This document shows positions 20,448-31,274 of a stretch of DNA of 64,000 nt, piece by piece; position 1 is the stretch's first letter, and every line of letters begins with the position of its first letter. The position numbers were made by a program, and so were the translations under genes. The DNA is taken from the NCBI GenBank assembly GCA_019233975.1, contig JAFALY010000035.1:65819-129818 (forward strand), given 5' to 3'. The stretch is from Alphaproteobacteria bacterium (lineage in GTDB: Bacteria; Pseudomonadota; Alphaproteobacteria; UBA9219). The notes below the pieces were generated by a model. The model searched no databases and was not told where the DNA came from. It saw nothing but the letters and a program-made list of their open reading frames with translations.

Positions 20448-22184
20448 ATGAACAACAACAATCTTTTGCCCGCCCTTATCCTGTCGATGCTGATCCTCTT
20501 TGGGTTCCAGTATCTGTATGTCAAACCGCATCAGGAAGCGTTGCGTACGCAAGCCATCGCGCAGCAATTGCAGGCCTCCAAGCAAGAGGCGGATAAACAA
20601 GCCGTGGCGGCTGGCAAGATTGTCAGCGACACGCCGCGTGCGCGTGCCGATATCGTCACCGCAACGCCGCGCGTTACCCTGACGACCTCGCAGTTTCAAG
20701 GGTCGGTCAATCTGCAGGGCGCGCGTCTGGATGACGTGCAACTGGTGAATTATCGTGAAAGCGTGGCATCTGACGCTGGGCGCGTGACATTGTTATCGCC
20801 CGCCGGTTCGGCGCAGCCTGTGTTCCCGACCTATGCGGATGTCAGCTGGCTTTCCGATCAGGCAGACCTTGTGTTGCCGACAACCAATACAATGTGGCAG
20901 GCGGAAAAAGGCGCTAAACTGACGCCCTCCATGCCACTGCGCCTCACATGGGACAATGGTCACGGCCTGCAATTCGAACGTGTGATTACGGTCGATGAAC
21001 GCAGCATGTTCACGCTGACGGACACCGTCCGCAACACGGGCAAAGACAGCGTGCATCTGTTCCCCTACGGCGCCATTGCGCGTCAGGGCAATCCAACCGC
21101 GCGTGCAGCGGGCGCGATCCACGAAGGTGGCATTGGCGTTCTGGGTGGCACACTCGAAGAAATGAAGTATAAAAAGCTGATCGATGACGGCAAGAAGCTG
21201 TATGAAAGTGACGGCGGTTGGCTCGGCATCACGGACAAATACTGGCTGACGGCGCTTATTCCCGCGCAGGATGAAAAGATCGACGCCGAATTTGCCTTTA
21301 GCGGCGAAGGCGTCACCGACCCGAACCAGGGCCATTTTCAGGCTGATTTCCGCGGTGCAGGCGTCACGCTGGAACCAGGTGCCAGCACACAGCACATGGT
21401 GCGCCTGTTCGTAGGACCGAAGAGCCTGCGTCAGCTTGATCTCTATGCCGAACAATACAACATCCCGCATTTCGACCGCGCGATCGACTTCGGCTGGTTC
21501 TACTTCCTGACCAAGCCGTTCCTGTATTTGCTGACGTGGCTTGGTAACGCTATCGGCCATGCGGGCATTGCAATCCTGATCTTCACCGTCGCGTTGAAGC
21601 TCATCACCCTGCCGCTCTCGTTGAAATCCAACCGGTCAATGGCGCGCATGAAGGAATTGCAGCCGGAGATCAAGCGCCTGCAGGAACGCTATGCGGATGA
21701 CAAGTTGCGCCAGAACCAGGAAATGATGGAACTGTTCAAGCGCGAAAAAGTCAGCCCCATGTCGGGTTGCGTGCCGATGCTGATCCAGATACCGATTTTC
21801 TTCGCGCTTTACAAAGTTCTTTATGTCAGCATTGAACTGCGTCAGGCGCCGTTCTTCGGCTGGATCCATGACATGTCCGTGCCGGATACGACCAACCTGT
21901 TCACGCTGTTCGGCCTTGTGCCGTGGCAGACACCCGCTTTCATGCATCTGGGCGCCTGGCCGTTGCTGATGGGTTGCAGCATGTTCCTGCAACAACGCCT
22001 GTCGCCGCAACCCATGGATAAATCGCAGGCGCAGATGTTCATGTTCATGCCGATCATGTTCACCTTTATGCTGTCGGGCATGCCGGCGGGTCTGGTCATT
22101 TACTGGACGTGGAGCAATCTGCTCTCGATCGCGCAGCAATGGTACATCATGCGCCACGCGGGCCACGCCAAAAAGGCAGGATGA
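20448..22184 (+). CDS. yidC: Membrane protein insertase
   Basis: GWLGITDKYW, AIDFGWFYFLTKP, GCVPMLIQIPIFFALYK, PAGLVIYWTWSN. Confidence 0.97.
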   Translation: MNNNNLLPALILSMLILFGFQYLYVKPHQEALRTQAIAQQLQASKQEADKQAVAAGKIVSDTPRARADIVTATPRVTLTTSQFQGSVNLQGARLDDVQLVNYRESVASDAGRVTLLSPAGSAQPVFPTYADVSWLSDQADLVLPTTNTMWQAEKGAKLTPSMPLRLTWDNGHGLQFERVITVDERSMFTLTDTVRNTGKDSVHLFPYGAIARQGNPTARAAGAIHEGGIGVLGGTLEEMKYKKLIDDGKKLYESDGGWLGITDKYWLTALIPAQDEKIDAEFAFSGEGVTDPNQGHFQADFRGAGVTLEPGASTQHMVRLFVGPKSLRQLDLYAEQYNIPHFDRAIDFGWFYFLTKPFLYLLTWLGNAIGHAGIAILIFTVALKLITLPLSLKSNRSMARMKELQPEIKRLQERYADDKLRQNQEMMELFKREKVSPMSGCVPMLIQIPIFFALYKVLYVSIELRQAPFFGWIHDMSVPDTTNLFTLFGLVPWQTPAFMHLGAWPLLMGCSMFLQQRLSPQPMDKSQAQMFMFMPIMFTFMLSGMPAGLVIYWTWSNLLSIAQQWYIMRHAGHAKKAG

Positions 22185-23791
22185 TGTCGGACGCGCGTGC
22201 CCAAGGGCCTTTGCAGGCCTATACGCGTTACTTTGTGCGTTACCTTCTCTCGCTGCGTGGCATGCGCCTGTGGGCCGCGTGCTTTCTGGCGGGGTCCGTC
22301 ACGGCGGCGGGTTTTGCACCTCTTGGGTTCTTCCCTGTCTTCTGGCTTGGTTATCCGGTGTTGGTACTGCTGCTTGCACATGCGCGTGGATATTGTGCCG
22401 CGTTTGCCATCGGCTGGCTTTTTTCTTTCGGGCAGATGGTTTTCGGCTTGTACTGGATCGCGGCAGCGATGTTTGTCGATATCCGTGCCTTCTGGTGGGG
22501 TGTGCCGCTGGCGGTTGCGGGATTGCCCGCGCTATTCGCTTTTTACTATGGCTTTGCGGCACTGATCGCCGTCTGGCTGTTGCGCCGGTTCTCGCTGGGT
22601 GCCTCGCAGGCAGGTTGTGTGATTGTGGCCCTCTGCTGGTTCGCGGCAGAGGTTGCGCGCGGCACTTGTTTCACTGGTTTCCCTTGGAATTTGTCGGGCC
22701 ATGTCTGGGCGCATGTTCTGCCTGTTCTGCAGGTGACCAGCGTGATCGGCATTTACGGCCTTAGCCTGCTGACGGTTCTGGCGGCCTGTCTGCCCGCCGC
22801 GCTTTATGTTGCCAAATCTGCTGGCCGTGGCGCCGGGATTATGATCGCGCTGTTTGCCTGTCTGGCGATCGGCGGTGTTGTGCGCCTGAACCAAGCGCCG
22901 CAGGCATCACCGGTTGTCGGTTCTGCCACGCCGACGCGTATTCGCATTCTTCAGCCTAATACGGATCAGGCGCATAAATGGGCGCAAAATTCGCGTGAAT
23001 CCAATTTTGCGCAAATGATCGATGACAGCACCAAACCGGGTGACAAGCCGGTTGATATCATCGTCTGGCCGGAAACGGCATCGACCTTTTACCTGATGGA
23101 GGACGTGGAGCACAGACGGGAAATCACGTTACACCTTATGCCGGGGTCGGTTTTGCTGACGGGCCTTATCCGCCGCGCCGAAGACGATGCCGGGTTTTTG
23201 CATTACTATAATTCGATGGTAGCCCTGCAACCGTCGGGCCGCGTGGCCGCTGTGTATGACAAGGCGCATCTGGTGCCGTTTGGTGAATATATACCGCTGC
23301 GTCATTACATCGCGTTGCGCACGCTTGCGGCCTTGGGTGTCGATTTTGGCGCAGGGCCGGGGCCGAGGAGCCTGCATATAGACGCGTTGCCGTCATTCAG
23401 CCCTCTGATTTGCTACGAAGCCATATTCCCGCATGAAGTGACAGATCCATCTGACCGCCCCGCCTTTTTAGTGAATATAACGAATGACGGATGGTATGGC
23501 CGCACAGCAGGACCGTATCAACATTTTGCGAATGTACGCCTGCGGGCTATCGAAGAAGGACTACCCCTAGTACGCTCTGCGAATACGGGCATATCGGGCG
23601 CTGTTGACGCCTATGGCCGCATACTGGGGCAGTTGGCTCTGGGCCAGTCTGGCATAATTGATATTGACCTGCCGCCCCCGCTGGTGCCAACCTTCTATGC
23701 ACAACATGGCGCTTTGGGCGTTGTCTTGATTTATATCATCAGTGTGTTGGGTGTGGTTGTGGCAATCTGGCGTCGGCGCATGCCGGGTTGA
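22181..23791 (+). CDS. lnt: Apolipoprotein N-acyltransferase
   Basis: [43 protein letters not shown] overlap with yidC. Confidence 0.95.
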   Translation: MMSDARAQGPLQAYTRYFVRYLLSLRGMRLWAACFLAGSVTAAGFAPLGFFPVFWLGYPVLVLLLAHARGYCAAFAIGWLFSFGQMVFGLYWIAAAMFVDIRAFWWGVPLAVAGLPALFAFYYGFAALIAVWLLRRFSLGASQAGCVIVALCWFAAEVARGTCFTGFPWNLSGHVWAHVLPVLQVTSVIGIYGLSLLTVLAACLPAALYVAKSAGRGAGIMIALFACLAIGGVVRLNQAPQASPVVGSATPTRIRILQPNTDQAHKWAQNSRESNFAQMIDDSTKPGDKPVDIIVWPETASTFYLMEDVEHRREITLHLMPGSVLLTGLIRRAEDDAGFLHYYNSMVALQPSGRVAAVYDKAHLVPFGEYIPLRHYIALRTLAALGVDFGAGPGPRSLHIDALPSFSPLICYEAIFPHEVTDPSDRPAFLVNITNDGWYGRTAGPYQHFANVRLRAIEEGLPLVRSANTGISGAVDAYGRILGQLALGQSGIIDIDLPPPLVPTFYAQHGALGVVLIYIISVLGVVVAIWRRRMPG

Positions 23792-23843
23792 ACAGGTCAG
23801 CAAGGCCAATCGCGTCACCCATGACCCCCATGACGGAGATTGC

Positions 23844-25079
23844 ATGATGTGGACGACCGAAACCTATCAGAAACATTTTCAAGACAATCTCGATCAGATG
23901 AAAAAGGATGGCCGTTACCGCACCTTTGCGGTGCTGGAACGCATCTGCGGCTCGTTTCCCGAAGCGTGGTTGTATCAGGGCGACACATCCAAACGCGTGA
24001 CGGTCTGGTGTTCGAATGACTATCTCGGCATGGGGCAGAACCCGGTCGTGTTGCAGGCGATGGAGATGGCGCTGAAAGATTGGGGTGCCGGTTCAGGCGG
24101 CACACGCAATATCGGCGGCAATAATTTTATTCATGTGCAACTGGAGCATGCGCTGGCTGACTGGCATCGTAAAGAAGCGGGTTTGATCTTCAGCTCCGGC
24201 TATGTGTCGAACGAAGCGACGCTTAGCGCGCTCGTCAAATTGCTGCCCGGCTGTATCGTGTTTTCGGACGCCAAAAACCACGCGTCGATGATCGCGGGTA
24301 TCAGCCGGCACAGGCCGGAAAAACACGTCTACGCGCATAATGACCTGCATGATCTTGAAATGAAGCTGGCCGCAGCACCTGCCGATGCGCCAAAGATTGT
24401 CGCGTGCGAAAGCGTCTATTCCATGGACGGCACCATTGCTGATTTGCGTGCAACGGCGACGCTGGCCAAGAAATACGGGGCACTTACCTACCTTGATGAA
24501 GTGCATGCGGTCGGTCTGTATGGACCCAACGGCGCAGGCGTAGCCGAACGCGATGGCGTTATGGATATGTTCGATGTAATCGAAGGCACTTTCGGCAAGG
24601 CATTCGGGGTATCGGGTGGTTATATCACCGGCTCGGCGGCTTTGGTCGATGCGGTGCGCAGCCATGCCTCCGGTTTTATTTTTACCACATCATTGTCGCC
24701 CGTTCTGGCGGCAGGCGCGCTCGCCAGCCTTTCGGTTTTAAAGACGGCGCATGATTTGCGCGCCCGTCAGCAAAAACAGGCCAACCGGTTGCGTAAAAAA
24801 CTGACGCAGGCGGGGCTGCCGCTTATGCCGTCGCCCAGTCATATCGTGCCGTTGTTGATCGGTGGCGCGCATTGCTGCAAGGGCGTATCGGATTGGTTGC
24901 TGGCTGAGGCGGATATTTACGTTCAGCCTATCAACTACCCGACCGTACCGGTCGGGCAGGAAAGGCTGCGTCTGACCCCGTCGCCTTATCATACGGATGA
25001 GATGATTGATAAACTGGTTGATACGCTTGATTATTTGTGGCGCGACCAGCATTTGCCACGCAATTATCAGGCGGCCTGA
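23844..25079 (+). CDS. hemA: 5-aminolevulinate synthase
   Basis: [47 protein letters not shown]. Confidence 0.96.
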   Translation: MMWTTETYQKHFQDNLDQMKKDGRYRTFAVLERICGSFPEAWLYQGDTSKRVTVWCSNDYLGMGQNPVVLQAMEMALKDWGAGSGGTRNIGGNNFIHVQLEHALADWHRKEAGLIFSSGYVSNEATLSALVKLLPGCIVFSDAKNHASMIAGISRHRPEKHVYAHNDLHDLEMKLAAAPADAPKIVACESVYSMDGTIADLRATATLAKKYGALTYLDEVHAVGLYGPNGAGVAERDGVMDMFDVIEGTFGKAFGVSGGYITGSAALVDAVRSHASGFIFTTSLSPVLAAGALASLSVLKTAHDLRARQQKQANRLRKKLTQAGLPLMPSPSHIVPLLIGGAHCCKGVSDWLLAEADIYVQPINYPTVPVGQERLRLTPSPYHTDEMIDKLVDTLDYLWRDQHLPRNYQAA

Positions 25080-25213
25080 TCAACCAATCATTTTTGCATT
25101 GCAGCAAATTGACCGCCTGTTTATTGATATCGTATTTTGCAAATATTGATGTTCTACAGAATATCCAGTAGAAGAGACAAAGATTACAGAAACAATATTT
25201 TTCGGGGGGTATT

Positions 25214-25504
25214 ATGAAGGCTCTCTTTGCTATTGCCGGTTTGGCAATTTTCGGTGCAGGCGTCGCATGTGGGGTGGCGGCTTGGGCTCTGGGGGGCGCA
25301 CTTGGTGGGCCGATGCTTTCGGCGTTGCTATGTGCAGGCTCGATCTTTGGGTTGCTAGCTGTAAACGATCCTGGTGCTAGCGAAACTGGGCCAATCAAGG
25401 GTTTAGTGAATTGTTTCCTCGCTGGATTACTGATTGGCAGCATTCCTGGCACGTTGATGTGCTTGGCGGGCCCACCGGCAGGCGCTATACCCGGGCATGG
25501 ATAA
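25214..25504 (+). CDS. Small Gly/Ala-rich hydrophobic hypothetical protein
   Basis: 96 aa ORF filling the gap after an AT-rich stretch; G-rich RBS-like run; 2-3 hydrophobic segments. Confidence 0.45.
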   Translation: MKALFAIAGLAIFGAGVACGVAAWALGGALGGPMLSALLCAGSIFGLLAVNDPGASETGPIKGLVNCFLAGLLIGSIPGTLMCLAGPPAGAIPGHG

Positions 25505-25507
25505 TAA

Positions 25508-26239
25508 CTATCCAGCCTTTGCCAGTTTCAATGCTTCTTCCGCTTTCAATATGCCGTCATACAACGCGCGGCCAAGGATAAGCCCCGCAATGCCCGCGCG
25601 GGCGTTTTCTTTCAATTCTTCCAGATCGTGCATTGAATGCACGCCGCCTGACGCGACAACCGGCATAGTCAATGCAAACGCCAGGTCGATGATCGCTTCC
25701 AGATTAATCTCACTCAACGCGCCGCCATTGTTGATGTCGGCGTATATTAACGTGCTGACGCCTGCCTCTTCGACTTGCAAGGCGAGGTCCAGCGCCTTCA
25801 TGCGCGTTGTGTTGGACCATCCGGTGCGTGTCACATAGCCGGCGGTTGAATCAATCTTGACCGCTATGCGACCCGGGAAGGCACGGCACGCTTCGCGCAC
25901 CAGGTCTGGGTTCTGCAACGCGGCGGATGTCAACACAATGCGCGCGACACCTTTTTCAATCCATTCTTCGATATGCTTCATGGATCGCATGCCGCCCGAT
26001 AATTGCATCGGCATTTTGACGTTGTGCAGAATGTCGGTGATCGACTGCGCATTGACTGGTTGCCCGACAAAGGCGCCGTCCAGATCAACCACATGCAGCC
26101 ATTCAAAACCTTGGGCAGCAAACGCGGCGGCGCGGGCCGCAGGGTCGTCGTGCAAAATATCGGCGGCCTGCAAATCGCCGGCGCGGGTCAGGCGGGCGAC
26201 TTTATTATCTTTCAGATGGATAGACGGATACAGAATCAT
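25508..26239 (-). CDS. hisA: HisA-family (ProFAR isomerase-like) TIM barrel with substituted catalytic residues
   Basis: EWLHVVDLDGAF, ASGG and GRALY are intact, but PSIHL replaces PAIDL and YADINNGG replaces YTDIxRDG. Confidence 0.85.
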   Translation of the reverse strand: MILYPSIHLKDNKVARLTRAGDLQAADILHDDPAARAAAFAAQGFEWLHVVDLDGAFVGQPVNAQSITDILHNVKMPMQLSGGMRSMKHIEEWIEKGVARIVLTSAALQNPDLVREACRAFPGRIAVKIDSTAGYVTRTGWSNTTRMKALDLALQVEEAGVSTLIYADINNGGALSEINLEAIIDLAFALTMPVVASGGVHSMHDLEELKENARAGIAGLILGRALYDGILKAEEALKLAKAG

Positions 26240-26330
26240 GCGCGCTTTATGCCACTTGCCAACCAGTTGCTCAATCCCCATCTATTAGGTTCTGGCCCGT
26301 ATGGGGCGTTGATTTCAAAGGATTTTCTCA

Positions 26331-26909
26331 ATGCATTCTTCTTCATCGGATGCGCATGGCCTGCAACAATGGCACGGGACCACTATTTTGTGCGTACGCA
26401 AGGGCGCGCAGGTTGTCATCGCGGGCGATGGCCAGGTGTCGCTTGGCTCCACAATCCTTAAGGGTAATGCCCGCAAAGTGCGACGGTTGAAGTCCGGTAC
26501 TTCGGCGGATGTGATCGCCGGGTTCGCGGGTGCCACGGCTGATGCCTTTGCGTTGTTCGAACGGCTGGAAGGCAAGTTGGAAAAACATCCGGGGCAGTTG
26601 ATGCGCGCCTGTGTCGAAATGGCCAAGGATTGGCGAACCGACCGCTATCTGCGCCGACTGGAGGCGATGATGGCGGTTGCTGATAAAAACACCAGCCTGA
26701 TTTTATCCGGCAATGGTGATGTTCTGGAACCCGAAGATGGGATTATCGGCATCGGCTCGGGTGGGGCCTATGCGTTGGCCGCCGCGCGCGCGCTGTATGA
26801 CCGTGATGATATGACGGCGGAGGCTATCGCACGCAAAGGGCTGGCGGTCGCCGCGGATATTTGTGTTTACACCAACACGCACGTGACGCTGGAAGGGATT
26901 GATTTATAA
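26331..26909 (+). CDS. hslV: HslV protease subunit
   Basis: [40 protein letters not shown]. Confidence 0.97.
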   Translation: MHSSSSDAHGLQQWHGTTILCVRKGAQVVIAGDGQVSLGSTILKGNARKVRRLKSGTSADVIAGFAGATADAFALFERLEGKLEKHPGQLMRACVEMAKDWRTDRYLRRLEAMMAVADKNTSLILSGNGDVLEPEDGIIGIGSGGAYALAAARALYDRDDMTAEAIARKGLAVAADICVYTNTHVTLEGIDL

Positions 26910-28229
26910 ATGTCGCATTTATCGCCAAAGCAGATTGTCGCAGAGCTTGATCGTCACATTGTGGGTCAGGCAGAGGCCAAGCGTGCCGTTGCCATTGCGC
27001 TCAGGAACCGTTGGCGGCGTCAGCAATTGCCCGATGGTCTGCGCGAAGAAGTCGTGCCAAAAAATATTTTGATGATCGGCCCCACGGGTGTCGGCAAGAC
27101 CGAGATTGCACGCCGTCTGGCGCGGCTGGCGGATGCGCCTTTCTTTAAGGTAGAGGCGACCAAGTTTACCGAGGTAGGCTATGTCGGGCGCGATGTAGAG
27201 CAGATTGTTCGCGACCTGATCGAGATTGCCGTCAAGAACAGCCGCGAGAAAATGCGCAAGGATGTCTATGCCCGTGCGACAGAAGCGGCAGAGGCTCGCG
27301 TTCTGAACGCGCTGGTGGGGGAAAGTGCGTCGCCGGAAACGCGCACGAAATTCCGCCACATGTTGCAGAATGGTGAGCTGAAAGACCGCGAAATTGATAT
27401 CGAGGTGCAGGACAACAGCCAGTCCGGCATGCCGATGTTCGATGTGCCCGGTATGCCCGGCGCACAAATGGGCATGATCAATCTGGGCGATATGATGGGC
27501 AAGGTCATGGGCGGCCGATCAACCCGTACGCGCCATTGTACGGTTGAGGAAGCGCAGAAAATCCTGATGAACGAAGAGGCTGATAAATTGCTGGATCAGG
27601 ATAAGGTGATTGCCGACGCCATCAACAATGTCGAACAAAACGGTATCGTCTTTCTGGATGAAATCGACAAAATTGCCGCGCGTTCGGACCATGCCCGCGG
27701 TGGTGGCGATGTCAGCCGCGAGGGTGTACAACGCGACTTGCTGCCGTTGATCGAGGGCACAATCGTCAACACCAAATACGGCGCGGTCAAAACGGATCAT
27801 ATTCTGTTTATCGCGTCAGGGGCCTTCCACCTGGCCAAACCATCCGACCTGTTGCCTGAACTGCAGGGGCGTTTGCCGATACGCGTGGAATTAAAGCCGC
27901 TGACGCAGGATGATTTCCGCCGCATTCTGACGGAACCCGAAGCCAGCCTGGTGACCCAATATTGTGCGCTGTTGAATACGGAACAGGTTACGTTGGACTT
28001 CAAACCGGACGCGGTTAATGAGATCGCGCGCATCGCGGTCGAGGTCAACGGCAATGTTGAAAATATCGGCGCGCGCCGGTTGCACACGCTGCTGGAGCGG
28101 TTATTGGAAGATGTCAGTTTTGACGCCAGTGACAAACCAGGTATGGTTGTCACCGTAAACGCGGACTTTGTGCGCGAAAAACTGGCTGATTTTGCCAAAA
28201 ACGTTGATTTATCAAGCTTTGTGCTTTGA
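26910..28229 (+). CDS. hslU: HslU ATPase subunit
   Basis: [36 protein letters not shown]. Confidence 0.97.
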   Translation: MSHLSPKQIVAELDRHIVGQAEAKRAVAIALRNRWRRQQLPDGLREEVVPKNILMIGPTGVGKTEIARRLARLADAPFFKVEATKFTEVGYVGRDVEQIVRDLIEIAVKNSREKMRKDVYARATEAAEARVLNALVGESASPETRTKFRHMLQNGELKDREIDIEVQDNSQSGMPMFDVPGMPGAQMGMINLGDMMGKVMGGRSTRTRHCTVEEAQKILMNEEADKLLDQDKVIADAINNVEQNGIVFLDEIDKIAARSDHARGGGDVSREGVQRDLLPLIEGTIVNTKYGAVKTDHILFIASGAFHLAKPSDLLPELQGRLPIRVELKPLTQDDFRRILTEPEASLVTQYCALLNTEQVTLDFKPDAVNEIARIAVEVNGNVENIGARRLHTLLERLLEDVSFDASDKPGMVVTVNADFVREKLADFAKNVDLSSFVL

Positions 28230-28240
28230 CGCGTTGCAGC

Positions 28241-28255
28241 TTAACAATACTTTAA
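28241..28255 (+). promoter_or_regulatory. Perfect CtrA box
   Basis: TTAAcaatactTTAA (TTAA-N7-TTAA), about 50 bp before the 28307 ATG. Confidence 0.6.
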
Positions 28256-28306
28256 AGACTTAGGGATAACCCTAAGGGGATATCCTTCCCAAGCTTGTGG
28301 TTCGTT

Positions 28307-29428
28307 ATGGCCGACAATTACCTTAAACCGATGCTGGACCCCGGTTCGGCGCGTGTTTTCAATATCAATGTGATGACCCGTCGCCTGATGTCGAAAGACC
28401 CGGCGGCGAAGCCTTTCTTCAACAATCCGAAATTCAACGTGATTGTGCTGATTAAGGACACCGTTCCCGAAGCCGAACGCAAAGGTAACGTACCGCCTAT
28501 CGGCACCAAGCTTTATATACCGTTCAATGAACATGATATTTACGAAGGTGGCCGCACCATCTTTTTGCATAACCAGCATTTGCAGCAGGCGCTGACGGAT
28601 CAGTTCGGCGTTGTGACGGGCGTCACGCCTGAAATGCTGCTGGATGATATGAACAAGCTGAAGGTTCTGGACAGCATGCCGTCGCTGGACCCGTTCCTCC
28701 TCAAGGACCTGTTCATGCGGTCGAACATGACCGTGAATGAACTGTATTTTGAAATCAGCCAGGAACAATGGCATGAAATCGAATTGTACATTCTGCAGCG
28801 CTTTGAGCCATTGGTGAAGGCGGCCTATCCGGATGCCATGCAATTTGACGAAAAGGCCCGGCAATTGATCGGTAAAATCTGGGAAGCCAACGATATGACC
28901 GCCCTGCAGCCATTGATTGAAGCATTCCGCTTCCCAACCGACCGCGCTTTGGAAATTTTTGGTGCATGGAAGGGCATCAATTATTACTCCTTCCAGCATA
29001 CAAAATTGAAGAAGCAGCTTCTGGATATGGCGACATGGCTTAAGACCGTGGCAGTGCCCCCCGGCGTTATGTCGCGCACGGAAAGCATGGAACTGATGGC
29101 GACGCTGAATGCCGGCAAGGAAGCGATGCTGAAGGAGTGGCAAAAGGTCGAAGGCATCCTGCGCAGCTATAACGAAGGTTATGACAAGATGTTCAAGGAA
29201 CAGGCCGGGTCCACGCAGTTCCTCGACTTCTTGCGCAACTCGGCCCGCCATTATTGGGATTTGGGCAACAGCATGGGCCGTATCAGTCACGTAACCTATT
29301 GCTGGCACGTCTATACCGGCCGGTATAAGGACAGAAAGCTGCCCTGGCCTGAAACGTTGCAGACAATCAAGCTGTTTACCGACATTATGACGCCGGACCG
29401 CAAGGCCAACACGGCTATGGCCTGGTAA
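28307..29428 (+). CDS. Hypothetical soluble, largely helical protein
   Basis: Long ORF with host-like codon usage; motifs GTKLYIPF and LDSMPSLDPFLL; no family recognised. Confidence 0.8.
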   Translation: MADNYLKPMLDPGSARVFNINVMTRRLMSKDPAAKPFFNNPKFNVIVLIKDTVPEAERKGNVPPIGTKLYIPFNEHDIYEGGRTIFLHNQHLQQALTDQFGVVTGVTPEMLLDDMNKLKVLDSMPSLDPFLLKDLFMRSNMTVNELYFEISQEQWHEIELYILQRFEPLVKAAYPDAMQFDEKARQLIGKIWEANDMTALQPLIEAFRFPTDRALEIFGAWKGINYYSFQHTKLKKQLLDMATWLKTVAVPPGVMSRTESMELMATLNAGKEAMLKEWQKVEGILRSYNEGYDKMFKEQAGSTQFLDFLRNSARHYWDLGNSMGRISHVTYCWHVYTGRYKDRKLPWPETLQTIKLFTDIMTPDRKANTAMAW

Positions 29429-29430
29429 GG

Positions 29431-30216
29431 CTACTTTAAATCCACCACAACGGGGACGTGGTCGCTTGGCTTCGGTTCCCATCCGCGCGCTTCACGGATA
29501 ATGTGCGCCGCTTTCAGGCGTGGTGCCAAATCAGCCGTGACCCAGATATGGTCCAGACGTCGCCCGCGGTTGGATGCAACCCAATCCTGCGCGCGGTAAC
29601 TCCACCACGAATACAGCTTCTCACTATCCGGAACAAAGTGGCGCAGGGCATCGGTGCCGCCGAACGCCTTTTGCCAGGCCGTGAATTTTTCCACTTCAAC
29701 GGGCGTGTGCGACACGACGTCCAGCATCTGTTTATGCGACCACACGTCATGCTCCAGCGGTGCGACGTTCAGGTCACCCACCAGAATGCTGGAATGATTT
29801 TTGCGCTTCTTCCACCAGCGGGTCTGGTCATCCATAAAACCCAGCTTGTGCGCGAATTTCGGATTAGCCACAGGGTCGGGAATATCGCCGCCTGCCGGAA
29901 CGTAACAGCAATGCAGTTCGGTGCCGTTTGGCAATGTTGCCGCTATGTGGCGGCGGTCTTCTTTATCCTGCCAGTGATGTTCCCTGGGCGCCGTCAGCGG
30001 CAGGCGCGATATAATCGCGACACCGTTATAGCTTTTCATGCCATGGATATGCTGGTGGATATAACCGCGTGTTGTGAAGGCGGCGCGCGGGAAATCCGCG
30101 TCGATCACCTTGGTTTCCTGCAGGCATAAAACGTCCGGTTTGACGGAGTCCAGCAGGTGCTCGACCAAACCGATGCGTAGCCGTACAGAGTTGATATTCC
30201 AAGTAATAATGCGCAT
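29431..30216 (-). CDS. xth: Exodeoxyribonuclease III
   Basis: TWNINSVR, LCLQETK, YNGVA, GDLNVAP, SWWSYR, RRLDH, PSDH. Confidence 0.95.
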   Translation of the reverse strand: MRIITWNINSVRLRIGLVEHLLDSVKPDVLCLQETKVIDADFPRAAFTTRGYIHQHIHGMKSYNGVAIISRLPLTAPREHHWQDKEDRRHIAATLPNGTELHCCYVPAGGDIPDPVANPKFAHKLGFMDDQTRWWKKRKNHSSILVGDLNVAPLEHDVWSHKQMLDVVSHTPVEVEKFTAWQKAFGGTDALRHFVPDSEKLYSWWSYRAQDWVASNRGRRLDHIWVTADLAPRLKAAHIIREARGWEPKPSDHVPVVVDLK

Positions 30217-30338
30217 GCGTGCCTGTTTAACCATCCCGTGCGGTTTTGCCAACCTACTTCATGCAGGTGGGTTATTACCCTATTGCTTTCGCCATAAAAT
30301 TGGTAGCCTTGCGCATATTTAATTTATTCAATTGATGT

Positions 30339-31271
30339 GTGATGACAATGAATAGACTGAACGCCACACGTGACCTGATAGATTTAGCTGATCAGAACGC
30401 CGCCCCTGAGAGGATACGTGCAGCCTTCCTTCATTGTTATGATGAAATTGAATCCGGCAACGTCCGGCTGGCCGATATTGTCAATATAGCGTTTGAAGGG
30501 CTGCAGGGCGATGAAAAGCTAATCACCCTTTACAGAACGGCGGCGCTGACAATCGCCCAGCATGTCGATAACGGACGGGACGGATCTGTCGATAATCCCT
30601 ATCACAACCCCGTGCATTTTGCGAAAATGGTCGTGAATTTCCGGGTTCTGGCGGCCCTGCATGCGCAACAGGAAAGGGGGTCGCCAATGACGCATACTGC
30701 AATCGCAGAGGGATTGCTGGCGGCGGCGGCGCACGACATATATCATGACGGGCGCGGTAATAAGATTGGAGCGCAACACACCCAATTCAGATTGGAGCAG
30801 CAGTCGATTGAGAAAGCCGAAGGCCTTTGTGCTGATTATGATGCGCAGGATAAGCGTAAAATCGCCCACGCCCTTTCGCTGATCAAGGTGACGGATACAT
30901 CCTCAGATGGTACGAATATATCGCCATCGCTCTACACGCGAAGTCTATATAACCGTCAGCGGGTCGAGCAGGCCCCGCCCTATGCGCAGGCATTAAAGAA
31001 GATCCTCAATAATCGTCAACGCTTGACAATCGCCACTTTGCTGCTGGATGCGGATATTTTCGCCAGCGTGCTGGATGAATCATGTTTTCAGCGTGAGGAC
31101 GCGCGTGTGAGCAAGGAAATAGAAATAGCCACAGGGCATGTACCCGATGCCGCTGGTTCGGCCCGCTATTTTCTTGGCACCGTCTTACAGGGGCAGGCCA
31201 CGACCTGGACAGCACGACAATTTGTCGATCCCTTTATCCAGCGCAGGTTGGTGCAGTTAATACCGCGTTGA
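30339..31271 (+). CDS. HD-domain protein resembling class I 3',5'-cyclic nucleotide phosphodiesterases
   Basis: NPYHNPVH, AAAHDIYHDG.GN, LE, TD and ADI in PDEase_I order. Start may be 30342 or 30348. Confidence 0.7.
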   Translation: MMTMNRLNATRDLIDLADQNAAPERIRAAFLHCYDEIESGNVRLADIVNIAFEGLQGDEKLITLYRTAALTIAQHVDNGRDGSVDNPYHNPVHFAKMVVNFRVLAALHAQQERGSPMTHTAIAEGLLAAAAHDIYHDGRGNKIGAQHTQFRLEQQSIEKAEGLCADYDAQDKRKIAHALSLIKVTDTSSDGTNISPSLYTRSLYNRQRVEQAPPYAQALKKILNNRQRLTIATLLLDADIFASVLDESCFQREDARVSKEIEIATGHVPDAAGSARYFLGTVLQGQATTWTARQFVDPFIQRRLVQLIPR

Positions 31272-31274
31272 CAC

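Noticed and set aside
28261-28270. TAGGGATAAC matches the first 10 nt of the I-SceI site
   Set aside because: The remainder does not match; the sequence is explained by the local palindrome.
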